Assembly (NCBI GenBank): GCA_951406725.2
Contig: OX597837.1
Coordinates: 24,924,001 to 24,988,000 of the forward strand
DNA length: 64,000 nt
Direction: 5' to 3'
Origin: Octopus vulgaris
Taxonomy: Eukaryota
The translations under genes and the position numbers were made by a program. The number at the start of each line of letters is the position of its first letter. The first letter of the stretch is position 1. A model generated the notes under the pieces. That model worked only from the letters and a program-made list of their open reading frames with translations, did no database searches and was not told where the DNA came from. This document shows positions 37,963-52,301 of the stretch, in pieces.

Positions 37963-38789
37963 TAAAATTTCTTCTTTTTTTGTTTTTATGTTGTTTTTGT
38001 ATAGCCCCAGGTCAGCCTCATCAAGCAAATTTATGATCGAAGGCTTCCAGCTTGGAACACCCTGTAGTGATATTTATGACTAGATCATTAAATGCAAGAG
38101 AGATATGAAGTCAGTAGATCTGGACATCCTGGGACTGGAGGAGGTCACAAATGATTGCCCATGCTGGAGACAAATATTACCTAAGGGGAAGAGAAATTGG
38201 AACTTGCCACCAATGAAAAGTGCACTCAAAGAAAAGAAAAGTCAGTAGTGCCAGTGGAGTACTTCGTCAGATGCAGTCATTGCATGCAGGATTGCCATTC
38301 TTGTGTGGGCCTCTACAGTCACAGTAGACACTGTACCATCATCAGTATATGACACAAATTCTCTAATCACAGATCCATGGTCTCTGAAGACCAACGGATG
38401 CCTATCTGTTGTCCAATATGTCTTTATTTTTAACACAGTAATGTGTAGTTTGAAGGAGATTTGGCTGCTATTTCTAACAGGCTGAGGGGCATGTTGAATT
38501 TGAAGTTCCTTCTTCGACCCAGCCTTTCCTGTTGGTTTGATACAGTAAGGATAATGAGTTGCTCAATGGGTTAAATAATGAAGAATCTCATCTGTGGGAT
38601 TAGGACGGAAAGTTTGTGATTCCAGGATGTCCATTAACTAATTCTGGATTCTACTTTTAGTAAAATATTGAAGAGCAGGAAACATCCTCTACTTTATTTA
38701 TCTGACAGAATTAAAAAATTAATAAAGACCAACTTATTTGTGGGGCACCAAACTAACTGGAAGTTGACGTGAAGTTCATTAGTCTACAA

Positions 38790-38990
38790 CAGTGGTTTTC
38801 AACCAGGGTTCCGCCAGTACAGTCCAGGGGTTCCACAAGAAGTTACAAAACTGCTGAAATCGACAATAATTTTTAATTCTCCTGTGCAGATATGTGTGCA
38901 TAAGACTATTAAATTATTGCACAGGGGTTCCTCGAGCCAGTGGAATGTTTCCTTGGGGTTCCGCTCCAGCAAAAAGTTTGAAAAGCACTG
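38790..38990. mobile_element. hAT (Charlie-like) MITE
   Basis: CAGTGGTTTTCAACC ... GTTTGAAAAGCACTG; degenerate nnCTAnAn 8-bp flanks. Confidence 0.75.
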
Positions 38991-40009
38991 GGCTAGAGAA
39001 TGAGTTTAAATATTTTTAGCAATATTTCTATGTTGAAAAATTCAACCAACTGGCAGAACCGTTACCATGCTTAGTGGCATTTCGTCCATCTTTATCTTCT
39101 GAGTTCAAATTCCACTGAGGTCAACTTTGCCTTTCATCCTTTTGGGGTCAATAAGATAAGTACCAGTTGAGCACTTTGGTTGCCGGTGACACATAAAAGC
39201 ACCATCCGTTTCGTGACCGTTTGCCAGCTCTGTCTGGCCCTCGTGTCGGTGGCACGTAAAAGCACCATCCGTTCGTGTCCGTTGCCAGCCTCGCCTGGCC
39301 CCCGTGCCGGTGACACGTAAAAGCACCATCCGTTTGTGACCGTTTGCCAGCTCTGTCTGGCACCTGTGCCGGTGGCACGTAAAAAGCACCCACTACACTC
39401 ACGGAGTGGTTGGTGTTAGGAAGGGCATCCAGCCGTAGAAACACTGCCAGATCTGACTGGGCCTGATGAAGCCTTCCAGCTTCACAGACCCCAGTTGAAC
39501 CATCCAACCCATGCTAGCATGGAAAACGGACGCTAAATGATGATGATGAAATGAACTAACCCGATCTCCTGAACTTGCCGTCCTTATGCCAGAATTTAAA
39601 ACCCATATTTCTGTGTCAAAAGAAGGTGGTGAGCTGGCAGAATCATTACCGTGCTGGGCAAAATGCTTAGTGACATTTCGTCTGCTTTATGTTCTGAGTT
39701 CAACTTCGCTGAGGTCAACTTCGCCTTTCATTCTTTTGGGGTCGAACAAATAAGTACCAGTTAAACACTGGGGTTGATGTAATCAACTTACCTCCTCCTC
39801 TGAAATTGTTGATCGTGTGCCAAAATTTGAAGCCTATATTTCTATGTTGAAAGTTTTCTACAAGTAAACATATTCCTTAAATATGCTTGATCTATGATTG
39901 TGTAACTTCTGATGATGGCATTTTCTTTGTGTCTGAAGGTCATGAAAAAGAGCAGCATGCCTTCAAATGGCTATGTAAACTGATCTTTGAGGCTGTAGGA
40001 CTTGTCTTC

Positions 40010-40318
40010 TTTTTGTTTGTTCCTTCTCAAGCCATGCCTGGCTCATAAGGGCCGGTTTCCCGGTTTCTTGGCATATAGGTTCCCCACCTGGATGGGATGC
40101 CAGTCCGTCGCAGGTGAGCTGCAAGATGCAGGAGGAAAGAGTGAGAGAAAGTTGTGGCGGAAGAGTCAGCAGAAGTTTCGTCATTACCTTCTGCTGGAGC
40201 CGTGTGGAGCTTAGGTGTTTCGCTCATAAACACACACATCATCCAGTCTGAGATTCGAACCCGCAATCCCTCGACCGCAAGTCTGCTGCTCTAACCACTA
40301 GGCCATGTGCCTCCACAC
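40010..40318 (-). mobile_element. tRNA-derived SINE with V-like domain
   Basis: tRNA-like head (GGCCTAGTGGTTAGAGCAGCAGACTTGC..GGGTTCGAATC) and CCTGCGACGGACTGGCATCCC.TCCAGG domain; second copy about 59085-59380. Confidence 0.75.
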
Positions 40319-41138
40319 ACTTGTCTTCTTGATTGACTTAGTATCTTTAAAGTGAGAGTCACTTTGCTCAATCCATTCTCACTCTTTAGACTTTGAGGTC
40401 TGACTACAATGGCTCAGTGAGCTAAGACAGCTGTGGTGACCAGCAAGCTGTAGGTTTTACACTGGAGTGGCTTTCACCTAGGTGAATTGCCTTACAGGGC
40501 TTGGGTTCTCCATCTACTCTGGAGTTGCTGGGAGGGTGTCAAAGATGACACTGGACCACTTGAGGGACTCCATTCTTTGATTTACTGAAAAGGTCGACTT
40601 CCCTTGCCTTTTCCTTTCCCAAAGCACTCCAAGGCTGGAACCCCGTCAGGTGCTGCTACTCCAGGTCAGAGTAGACCTGGAAACAATAGGCACTAAGAGG
40701 TGGTTCCTCATTTTTCAAAACCCTGGAACTCCCAATCCAGGACCTCACTACTAAATGTAGTTTAGTCATACCCAGGACAGCAATATGTTTGGCACTCCTT
40801 GCCAGTGGCACGTAAAAAGCACCATCCAATCATGGCTGTTTGCCAGCCTCGTCTGGCACCTGTGCCGGTGGCACATAAAAAGCACCCACTACACTCACAG
40901 AGTGGTTGGCGTTAGGAAGGGCATCCAGCTGTAGAAACACTGCCAGATCAAACTGGGCCTGGTGCAGCCTTCTGGCTTCCCAGACCCCAATTGAACCGTC
41001 CAACCCATGCTAGCATGGAAAGCAGACGTTAAACGATGATGATGATGATGATGATGATGATATAAAAGGATTTGTTACAGAGGTGCCAAGTCTTTCTTGT
41101 AATTAGCTCTACACATCCTCGTTTGTTTATAGTTTTAA

Positions 41139-41342
<204 letters not shown>

Positions 41343-41461
41343 TAGTTTACTGATGAAGTGTTAAAAGATAATTAAAGGATACGAGCAGAAAAACTGCCCT
41401 CCATGCAGTTTTCTGCTAGCATATGTATTGCGCATATTGATATTATATATACATATAGATA

Positions 41462-41855
41462 TCTTTATATATAAAAGTGAGGTTGTGTGCTGTCTGTCTC
41501 CTATGATTTAGATTCCAAACTACTCCCACATTTTGCGGTGCAGTTTAACCAAAACCGGGTATCTTATAGTCGTGATTCATATCGAGCCCTTCTGGGTATT
41601 AGCGCGCGTCTACGATGAGTCTACGATTTAAAGAAAAATTTACCATCAATTTTTCCCATTTTTAATGCACTTTTGGCATATATAAGGGAAGTAACTCTCT
41701 AAAAATTTATTATTTAATCTCAGAACGTAAAAAGCTACAGTAACACCCCCTTTGTGGTTAGCCATATTGAGATGGCTATTATACTTTACATCTCTAAAAA
41801 TGCTTATATAGTTATTTCCCTTACAAACCCGAGCAACGCCGGGCGATACTGCTTG
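41462..41855 (+). mobile_element. Non-autonomous Helitron, copy 1
   Basis: 5' A|TCTTTATATATAAAA, subterminal hairpin CCCG-AGCAACGC-CGGG, 3' CTTG|T (CTAG variant). Confidence 0.75.
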
Positions 41856-42196
41856 TGATATATAAATTATAAAGTAAATTGACAATTTGCACATGAATTG
41901 GAGAAAGACTCTGTTCTAGTTTATTCTGTAATCAGTAAAATAATCCAAGATTAATATTCATTTATAATTTATTCAAAGTGATATACTCTTTTACTTGTTT
42001 CAGTCATTTGACTGTGGCCATGCTGGAGCACATCCTTTAGTTGAGCAAATCGACCCCAGGACTTATTCTTTGTAAGCCTAGTATTTATTCTATCAGCCTC
42101 TTTTGCCGAACCGCTAAGTTACGGTGACGTAAACACACCAGCATCGGTTGTCAAGCGATGTTGCGGGGACACAGACACACAAACATATATACACAC

Positions 42197-42244
<48 letters not shown>

Positions 42245-42579
42245 GATAGGCTTCTTTCAGTTTCTGTCTACCAAATCCACTCACAAGGCTTTGGTCGGCC
42301 CAAGGTGCCATGCAGTGGGAATGAGCCCGGAGCTATGTGGTTGGTAAACAAGCTACTTACCACACAGCCACTCCTTCACCTATATGACTTTTTAAAAACG
42401 TGGAGAAAAAAACCCAAAAAACTGGACACAGTCCTACACTTCTTCAATTATTATATTATAGATAGATCGGGTTTGTTTTGTTTTTTTTTCTCATTTTATT
42501 ACACTTTTTACGGAGATGTACTTGCATAGCAAGTGACTTGATGTGAGATTGTGTGCTGAAACAAAAACAATTGTAGTGT

Positions 42580-42878
42580 GAAGATATTTGTAAGCCTTTC
42601 AAGAACATGCAAAAGCCATTAGTTTCGCTTCAACATTTAAATCTCATTTGTGTCAAAATATTTTCATTGCTTTGAAACTGCAACCTGCTCACTGACAAAA
42701 TTTGGTGAAGTTTTGTCAGTGTACAGGTCTCAGTTTCAAAGCAATGAAAATATTTCGACACAACAGTGAACAGGTCACGGTTTCAAAGTGACAAAAATAT
42801 TTTGACACAAATGAAATTTAAATGTTGAAACAAAACCAATGGTTTTTGTGTGTTCTTGAGTGGCTTACAAATATCTTC
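42580..42878. repeat. About 300-bp imperfect palindrome (possible Penelope-like remnant)
   Basis: gaagatatttgtaagcc ... ggcttacaaatatcttc arms; the right arm has an internal duplication. Confidence 0.7.
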
Positions 42879-43405
42879 CGAACGCGAAGAAAAACTATTT
42901 GTTTATATATGGAATTCAAACAGAAGTTGACATTTAAAACAGAAGCAAATCTTGTAATATTAAGCATTATAATTTATGTTTACTATACAAATAAACTTTA
43001 TACCTTAAGAATTTTTTTAATATTCATTTATAATTTCTTCAAAGTAATATAACATTTTTTAATAACATGGGAAAAAACAAAAAAAAACTGGACACAGCCC
43101 CACACTTCTTCAATCATAATATCAAAATGAGTGAATTGTTTTTCCTTACAATTGCTAGCTGGTGTACGTATGTGTGTGGTGGGGTAGCAGATTTCAGCTT
43201 TTATCCAATTTATATTTTTCCTGTGAAATGTTTCCAGAAGAATCCAGAAAGGATGGTGGTTGGTGTAGTGGGGGGGCACCCTAGTTTCTCTGGAAGTTTT
43301 CATACTTAATAAATTTATTCGTCTTCAGTTTCACAAAAGCACATTTGCATAAGATACTCTTTCTTGAATAGGACAAACAGCACTCAATTCTATGGAATGT
43401 TATAA

Positions 43406-43712
43406 TCTTTATATATAAAAATGTAGTTGTGTGTGTGTTTGTCTACACCGATTTAGATTCCTAAATTTGTGGTGCACATTTTACAGTGCCGTTTAACCAA
43501 AAGCGAGTATCTTATAGTCGTGATTCATATCGAGCCCTTCTGGGTATTAGCGCGCATCTACGATGAGTCTATGATTTAAAAAAAAAATTACCATAATTTT
43601 TCCTCATTTTTAATGCATTTTCGCTCGGTTTATATAAGGGAAGTAACTCTCTAAAAGTGCTTATATAGTTATTTCCCTTACAAACCCGAGCAACGCCAGG
43701 CGATACTGCTAG
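43406..43712 (+). mobile_element. Non-autonomous Helitron, copy 2
   Basis: A|TC start, same body as copy 1, hairpin, canonical CTAG|T end; lies 35 bp before RIOK2 exon 4. Confidence 0.8.
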
Positions 43713-43746
43713 TATTTATATATTTTCTGTTAAATTTTCTTTCCAG

Positions 43747-43801
43747 ATGTCTATATTGTTGCTACAGAATCTGGAGTACCGTATGTCTTAAAATTACAAA
43801 G
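43747..43801 (+). CDS. RIOK2: RIO kinase 2, coding exon 4
   Basis: (D)VYIVATESGVPYVLKLQ(R); 55 nt, phases 1 to 2 join exons 3 and 5 in frame. Confidence 0.93.
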
Positions 43802-46557
43802 GTACAAGAAATTTATTATATGATTTTTTTTTTTGTCAACCCTTTTGTTTATGATATTTTTGTTGAAATACCCTGCCCTTGTTTCAATTAATTTTGAAAA
43901 CAATAAAGAATTTAGTAAGATAACTTTGTCATTATTAAACTGGTGTAAGGCAGAGAACTGGTAGAAACGTCAGCATGGCGATGCCCCAGCATGGCCACAG
44001 CTTGTGAGCTGAAACTAGATAAAATGAAAATGAATGAAATGCCAAGCAAAATGCTTAGTGGCATTTCATCTGTCTTCATGTTCTGAGTTCAAATTCTGTT
44101 GAGGTCAACTTTGCTTCTCATCCTTTTGAGGTCAATAAAATAAGTCCCAGTCAAATACTGGAGTTGATGTAATCCACGCGCCCCACTCCCCCTCTCCTGA
44201 ATTTGCTGGACATGTGCCAAAATTTGAAACCATTATTAAGCTAGTGTTTGGAACAAAAATTAACATGAAATTTCAGCGGAAAGTTTTAATTTAAATTACA
44301 TTTAACCCTTTAGTGTTCAGATTATTCTCTCAAATGTGATGTTTGTTTATTTAAAATGGATTGAATTAGTCATGCATTATCTTGCAGTTTAGAGATTTCA
44401 GTGATGTGGTTTTTTTAGTTTTAGAATGACATGGTAGGGCTGAGTTAAGAGGCAAGCTCTGGTCAGTTTCAATATAAAACAGGTTAAGTATTATGGCCGG
44501 TTTGAATGCTAAAGGGTTAAAACAGCAATTTGTATAATAGAACCAGTTGCAGTTTCAGACAGGTTGGTTTAAAAGAGTTAACCTATCTGTGATACAGATT
44601 GTCCGGGTTGATACTTTCTGTACCAACAACAAACTCTTGACCTCATGCTTCCTGTTGATTTATATGTGACCTATGATAACGTGGTGCTATTTTCTAGATT
44701 ATGGTAGCACACAATAAAGAGATTGGTGGCTTCAGTGAACATAGCATAATTCATGATGGAGCTAACATATTGTTTGTATACTCTCTTTTACTTGTTTCAG
44801 TCCTTTGACTGCGGCCATGCTGGAGCACCACCTTTAGTCGAGCAAATCGACCCCGGGACTTATTCTTTGTAAGCCTAGTACGTATTCTATCGGTCTCTTT
44901 TGCCGAACCGCTAAGTGACGGGGACGTAAACACACAAGCATCGGTTGTCAAGCAATGCTAGGGGGACAAACACAGACACACAAACATATATATATATATA
45001 TATACATATATATGACGGGCTTCTTTCAGTTTCCGTCTACCAAATCCACTCACAAGGCTTTGGTCGGCCCGAGGCTATAGTAGAAGACATTTGCCCAAGA
45101 TGCCATGCAGTGGGACTGAACCCGGAACCATGTGGTTGGTAAGCAAGCTACTTACCACACAGCCACTCAATGTTGTTTCTTTATTGACCATTTAACATCT
45201 GCTTTCCATCCTGTTCAAAGAGCTATTACCTTTCTTGGTAACAATGGGCCTCTCTCTCCGAGTGAAAGGCAGATTGTACAAAGCTTGTATACAAATGGCT
45301 ATGATACATAGTAGTGAAATCTAACTGCAGAGGATGTGCAAAAGCTTGAAAGAAATGAGCCAGCATACTTCACTAGGTGTGCAATGTCAGTGTGCATGTA
45401 TGACAAAGTGTGTGTTGAGAGAAAAATTGAGTATAAGAGATATCAGATGTAGTAACTCTGTGTGCATTACCTAACCTCTTTCTTTACTGCCCACAAGGGG
45501 CTACACACAGAGGGGACAAACTAGGACAGACAAACGGATTAAGTCGATTACATCGATCCCAGTGCGTAACTGGTACTTAATTTATCGACCCCGAAAGGGT
45601 GAAAGGCAAAGTCGACCTCGGCGGAATTTGAACTCAGAACGTAGCGGCAGACGAAATAACGCTAAGCATTTCGCCCGACGTGCTAACGTTTCTGCCAGCT
45701 CGCCGCCTTACCTAACACCAACCGTTTGACAGTATATGCTGAGTGTATTTTATTACAGCACCATCCTTAAGCGCATGTGTGTGTGTGGCAAGAAGGAGGA
45801 TGTCTCATCTTCAGAAAAATTTAATAGGGTAATCTGCTTCTGTACCCCACTCTCTCTCTCTCTCACCTTGTATCTCTTCTACAACAAGACAGCTGTTTCT
45901 ATCCCTCTGTCACACTCTAACCTCTCATCACCCAGCACAAGGCTCCATCTCCAATACCCGCAAACTCTAAAAGGATCTTTGTCTTGCAAGTCATTTGGTG
46001 AACTTGCCAGTTCTGGTACCACATAAAAAGCATCCAGTCCACATTGTAAAGTGTTTGGCATTTGGAAAAGCATCCAGCTGTAAAAAGCATGCCAAAACAG
46101 ACCTTGCCTGTGTTGGTGCCACGTAAAAAGCACTCAGTCTTATCTGTGGGGTGTTTGGTGTTAGGAAAGGTATCCAGCCATACGAACCAATCCAAAACAG
46201 AGTGAAGCCTGGTGCAGTCTTCTGCCTAGCCAGCTCCTGTCAAACCATCCAACCCATGCCAAGATGGAAAGCAGATGTTTAAATGATGATTGTGATGATG
46301 ATGATGATGACAATGTAGAGGAGGAGGAGGGGGAGGACCAGCATGGAACTTGGTTTAGTTTGTAACTTAATGCAACTAACCCAGTTTGAGCCAACATTTT
46401 CAGTTGATAGGGTTGGTTGGAGGAAGACAACAAATTAACAGATTTGGAATCAACTGTGTGAGCTGAAGAAATAATTTCCTGATGGCCATTTGACGATTAT
46501 AATGTTGTTATATTTTGCTCTCACGACACCAACAAAATAATGCGATATATTGGATGA

Positions 46558-46713
<156 letters not shown>

Positions 46714-46929
46714 TGAATTGGTGGATTTCTAAGACTAACTTTCATCAGGAGTTTTCTGACATTGTCGGGGTAAAAGAAAATTAATGAAAATAAAAAATAT
46801 TAAAATCTGTTTTAATACCAAATATTAGCCATTTTCTTATAACTGTGTGCACTGGATGATGAAGGATCTCAACAAGTTATGAGACTTGTCAAAGCCATAC
46901 TAGCATGAAAAGATGGATGTGAAATAAAG

Positions 46930-47339
46930 GGATCTTTTCGGTTTGAACGGCAGTTTTTTCTAGCGGTGTCATATGAAATTGTCACCCATAATTATGACCC
47001 TAGTATCGATCTATTGCATTTCAATCTGTGTTAGGGTTAGGGGTGGGAGAAGGGTATCTTTTTTTCTTCAGAAATGTAAATAAACCCAATCTGTTTCTTA
47101 AACGAGGGACATATTTATACGGCACAGAATGTTTTCACCTCAATAGACGTCATTGATTGGTTGAAATTTCAGAAATTGAAGAAAAAAAACAACAAATATC
47201 TTACAAACCATAGAATTTTCTCAATAAAGCCAAGAGAAAAAGATGTTTTATAAACACATTCTACCAGTATACGAAGTTTAAAAGTGTTTAGTTACGTGGA
47301 AATTATTTTTAAAAACTGCCGGTCAAACCGAAAAGATTC
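46930..47339. mobile_element. MITE with about 30-bp TIRs and 8-bp TSD
   Basis: GGATCTTTTCGGTTTGAACGGCAGTTTTT / AAAAACTGCCGGTCAAACCGAAAAGATTC; TSD AAATAAAG at 46922-46929 and 47340-47347. Confidence 0.85.
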
Positions 47340-47454
47340 AAATAAAGATCACATTGAACTGACACAAACAGGAAACCAAAAAGATTCTTATCTGACCAGT
47401 GTCCATGTTTTTATTTATTATATGTATCATCATTTAACCTTCACTTTCTATACT

Positions 47455-47765
47455 GTTAGTTAGTTAGTTAGTTAATTTGGCTCAAAAGCAAATAGCAAGG
47501 CCATGTAGGGGGACATGGAGTTATGTACAGGGTGGTGTTCATGTAAAGAGTTCAGGCCACTTGAGGTCAAGGGAGGCTTTGTACAAAGCGGTCGTCAGCA
47601 TCTTCACCATCTCATCTGGCAGCTTGTTCCACGGATCCGCAACCCGGACGGAGAAAGCTCCTCTCCTTCGATTGAGATGAAATCGTCGCAGGTAGAGCTT
47701 TTCGGAATGACCCCACATCCGACGCTCTGGAGCAGGAGTGAAGAACAGCTCTTTCAAGCGGTCCA
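47455..47765 (-). mobile_element. CR1-group LINE 3' end with (TAAC)n tail
   Basis: GHSEKLYLRRFHLNRRRGAFSVRVADPWNKLPDEMV..YKASLD. Confidence 0.8.
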
Positions 47766-48654
47766 GAGAGCTATTACCTTTCTTGGTAACAAAGGGACTC
47801 TCTCCCTGAGTGAAAGGCAGATTTGCCAACCTTACTACTATTGCTAGTACCACGTAAAAAGTACCTATTACACTTTGTAGAGTGGTTGGTTTTAGGAAAG
47901 ATGCCCAGCTGTAGAAACCATGCCAGAGAAGACTGTTGAGCTTGGCATCCTTTGAATCCCCATCTCCTGTCAAACTGTTCAAACCATGCCTGCATAGAAG
48001 ATGGACATTAAATGATGATGATGATTATATATTATACATACACACACACACACACATGTACAGAAAAATATTTTTTGAACCGTCTGGCACCACCATCCGT
48101 TCATGGCCGTTGCCAGCGCCGCCCCGACTGGCCTCGTGCTGGTGGCACGTAAAAGGCACCATCCGTTCATGGCCGTTGCCAGCGCCGCCTCGACTGGCCT
48201 CGTGCTGGTGGCACGTAAAAGGCACCATCCGTTCGTGGCCGTTGCCAGCCTTGCCTGGCCCCCGTGCCAGTGGCACGTAAAAAGCACCATCCGTTCGTGG
48301 CTGTTGCCAGCCTCGCCTGGCCCCCATGCCGGTGGCACGTAAAAAGCACCATCCGTTCGTGGCCGTTGCCAGCCTCACCTGGCCCCCGTGCCAGTGGCAC
48401 ATAAAGAGCACCATCCGATCGTGGCCGTTTGCCAGACTCGTCTGGCACGTAAAAAGCACCCACTACACTCTCGGAGTGGTTGGCGTTAGAAAGGGCATCC
48501 AGCCGTAGCAACATTGCCAGATCAAACTGGGCCTAGTACAGCCTTCTGGCTTCCCAGACCCCAGTTGAACCGTCCAACCCTTGCCAGCATAAAAAGCGGA
48601 CGCTAAACGATGATGATGATGATAATGAATGTTGACCAAATAAATAAAATTTAA

Positions 48655-48813
<159 letters not shown>

Positions 48814-48896
48814 TGACCTGTTGCTCTTTCAGTGTACACTGCCAAAATTTCTGTAGCCTCTTGTGCATAAATGCTTGGAACATTTTCCTATGTCTC

Positions 48897-49250
48897 ATAT
48901 ATATATAAAAATTAGGAAAAAAAACACCTTTTATCAATTCAAAATGAACAATTAAATTACACCATCTAGAAAATTACATATAATAGAAAAATTAAAATTA
49001 AAATAGCAATAAAATGTCAAATATTAAGTAAATTGCAAAAAATAATAATAAAAAAATAATAAAAACGTATATAATAGGTAGAAAAACTATTATATGTTTT
49101 ATTATTTTTGCAATTTACTTAATATTTGACATTTTATTGTTATTTTAATTTTAATTTTTCTATTATATGTAATTTTGTAGATGGTGTAATTTAATTGTTC
49201 ATTTTGAATTGATAAAAGGTGGGTTTTTTCTAATTTTTTTTATATATATA
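48897..49250. repeat. AT-rich inverted repeat with about 150-bp arms between (TA)n runs
   Basis: caccttttatcaattcaaaatgaacaattaaattacaccatcta and its reverse complement. Confidence 0.85.
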
Positions 49251-49353
49251 TTATATTGTGTGAAATTTGAATTAGTATTTCTAAATTGAATTTGTTTCCT
49301 TGTAAGTTTGGATTTTATTCTCTCAAATAATGATTATATATATATATATATAT

Positions 49354-50530
49354 ACGAGATCTGATCAATAAGTATCCGGATTGTTGCCATAGTAATGAAG
49401 CTAAAGCATGCAGAGTAAAGCCGCTTGACACAGATTGACCTTGAACTCTGCTGTGTATGTGCACTAAGTTTTAACATTCTAGCTCACTTCTGCTGTTTAC
49501 AGCAGTACTTGGAAAGAACGTGTGTAGCATGTGATCATCGCATTGACCATGACTGAGAAAGTTGTCATGGTGATACGTGCTCAGAGGCCTACACAAAGTT
49601 GCAGAAAGTGTATGGAGAGAAGTGTATCAGCCGCACAAAGTGTACGAGTGGTTCAGACATTTCCAAGATGGCTGAAAAAATGTCAATATCGATGAATGTT
49701 CTGGGAGACCTACAACCGGCAGAACTGAGAGAAACTTCAGAGATGTGTATGCAGCTGTGAGAGGAAAATTGTCGAATTACCGTCTCTGCGTTATCAGAGG
49801 ATGTGAAAATTAGTTACAGTTCAGTTCAGTCCATTATCACTGAAGACTTGGGTACTCTCTCTTTTACTCTTTTACTTGTTTCAGTCATTTGACTGCGGCC
49901 ATGCTGGAGCACCGCCTTTAGTCGAGCAAATCGACCCCGGGACTTATTCTTTGTAAGCCCAGTACTTATTCTATCGGTCTCTTTTGCCGAACCGCTAAGT
50001 GATGGGGACGTAAACACACCAGCATCGGTTGTCAAGCAATGCTAGGGGGACAAACACAGACACACAAACTCACACACACACATACATATATACGACAGGC
50101 TTCTTTCAGTTTCTGTCTACCAAATCCACTCACAAGGCATTGGTCGGCCTGGGGCTATAGCAGAAGACACTTGCCCAAGATGCCACGCAGTGGGACTGAA
50201 CCCGGAACCATGTGGTTGGTTAGCAAGCTACTTACCACACAGCCACTCCTGCACCTATGAGACATGTGTCTGTCAAGTTTGTGTCAAAACAGGGAGCAAG
50301 GTCTGGACTGTAGGGAGGATGAGGGACAGTTTTGATGCCCATCTTTGTCACGTAGTTGGCTACCAGGATGGAATTGTCCTGGTACAGGTGCCACCAACCC
50401 GAGCGGAAGAACTCTGGCCTTTTGAGACAAAATCTTTTCCTGAACACCCTCAAAATCTCCACAAAGTACTCTTTGTTGATCATCTGGCCAGAGGGAACCC
50501 AGTGGATGTAGATGATGTCCTTGCTATCAA
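49354..50530. mobile_element. Decayed, rearranged mariner transposon interrupted by a SINE
   Basis: TA-CGAGATCTGATCAATAAGTATCCGG TIR; plus-strand VYEWFRHFQDG and MRHVSVKFV; minus-strand WHLYQDN and HPPYSPDLAP. Confidence 0.82.
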
Positions 50531-51156
50531 AAAGGGGATCATTCATTCATACACACACACAACTGTGCCTAGTCAAAATAAAAAAAAATTTAATCATTAT
50601 CCCTGTAACATTCAGATCACTCTATAATATACTTATTCATTCACATTCATCATCATCATCATCGTTTAACGTCTGTTTTCCATGCTAGCATGGGTTGGAC
50701 GGTTCAACTGGGGTCTGGGAAGCCAGAAGGCTGCGCCAGGCCCAGTCTGATCTGGCAGTGTTTCTACAGCTGGATGCCCTTCCTAACGCCAACCACTCCA
50801 TGAGTGTAGTGGGTGCTTTTTACGTGCCACCTGCACAGGTGCCAGACGAGTCTGGCAAACGGCCACGATCGGATGGTGCTTTTTACGTGCCACCAGCCAC
50901 ATTCGGATGGTGCATTTTACGTGCCACCGGCCCGGAGGCCAGTCAGGGCAGCACATTGTTTTAGATTAATCATGCATATTTTGTAGCTTCGAGCTTTTGA
51001 TGATGTGAGTGTTTATTTTTAGAATGACTTTGTCAGGTAGGTATGAGAAGCCAGATCTGGTTGGCTTGAACATAAAACAAGGACAATATTTGGGCCGGAT
51101 ATGACCGGTGTTTAAATGCTAAAGGATTAAATAATTGGTCATTATGTGACTGCTGA

Positions 51157-51378
<222 letters not shown>

Positions 51379-52172
51379 TAGGTTATCTTGTTTTTTTTTT
51401 CTGTTTTTATGTCTAAATTCTTGTTTCACTGACTTGAATTTGAATTAAAATGTTCGTTGTCTTATAAATCATCATCATCATAAACCTGTTTTCCATGTTG
51501 GCATGGATTGGGTGGTTTAACCGGTGCTGGTAAGGCCAGGAGCCTCACCAGGCTCTATTGTCTGTTAAGGCATGGTTTCTACAGTTGGATGCACTTCCAA
51601 ACTCCAGCCACTCCACAAAGTATACTGGATGCTTTTCATGTGGTGCCAGCACTGTGTACAATCACATTTAACATGTCCACATACATTAAAACATGGAAAA
51701 AGCTCCATGTGAAAATCATCTCTGGAAAGAAATTCTTCTTGTAGACAATGTGTGTGAATGCATGTGCTATATCCTGTTTATATATATATATATATATATA
51801 TGAGTAACAATGAAGGGTGAAATTAATTAATTTGGAACAATTATCAATTACACCAAGTAGTCTTCGGCATGTAAAAGCCTCATTCGAGGAAAATTTAAGT
51901 AATACTAAGCAATTAAGGGTTTAGCAACGAATTGCCTTACCACACACCGAATTTAGAAATAGCAGTCAAATAGATTATAGCTATTTCATCTACTAAAAGG
52001 GAGATCACAGTAAAGGCACAGCATTTGAAAGGCAAACACAAACAGGTAAAAGAGAATGAATTAACGGCAATCTATCATACAGTTTTAATATATATATATA
52101 GAGTGGAAAAGTTGTATCTATAATAAAGTTGAAGCTTTGAGGAGAATGTGTGTGTCGTGTCTGTTTTAATGA

Positions 52173-52301
<129 letters not shown>

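Noticed and set aside
48083-48460. CRISPR-like look of regularly spaced repeats
   Set aside because: Intervening sequences are homologous to each other, the array is part of an RTE 3' UTR, the host is eukaryotic and no cas genes are present.
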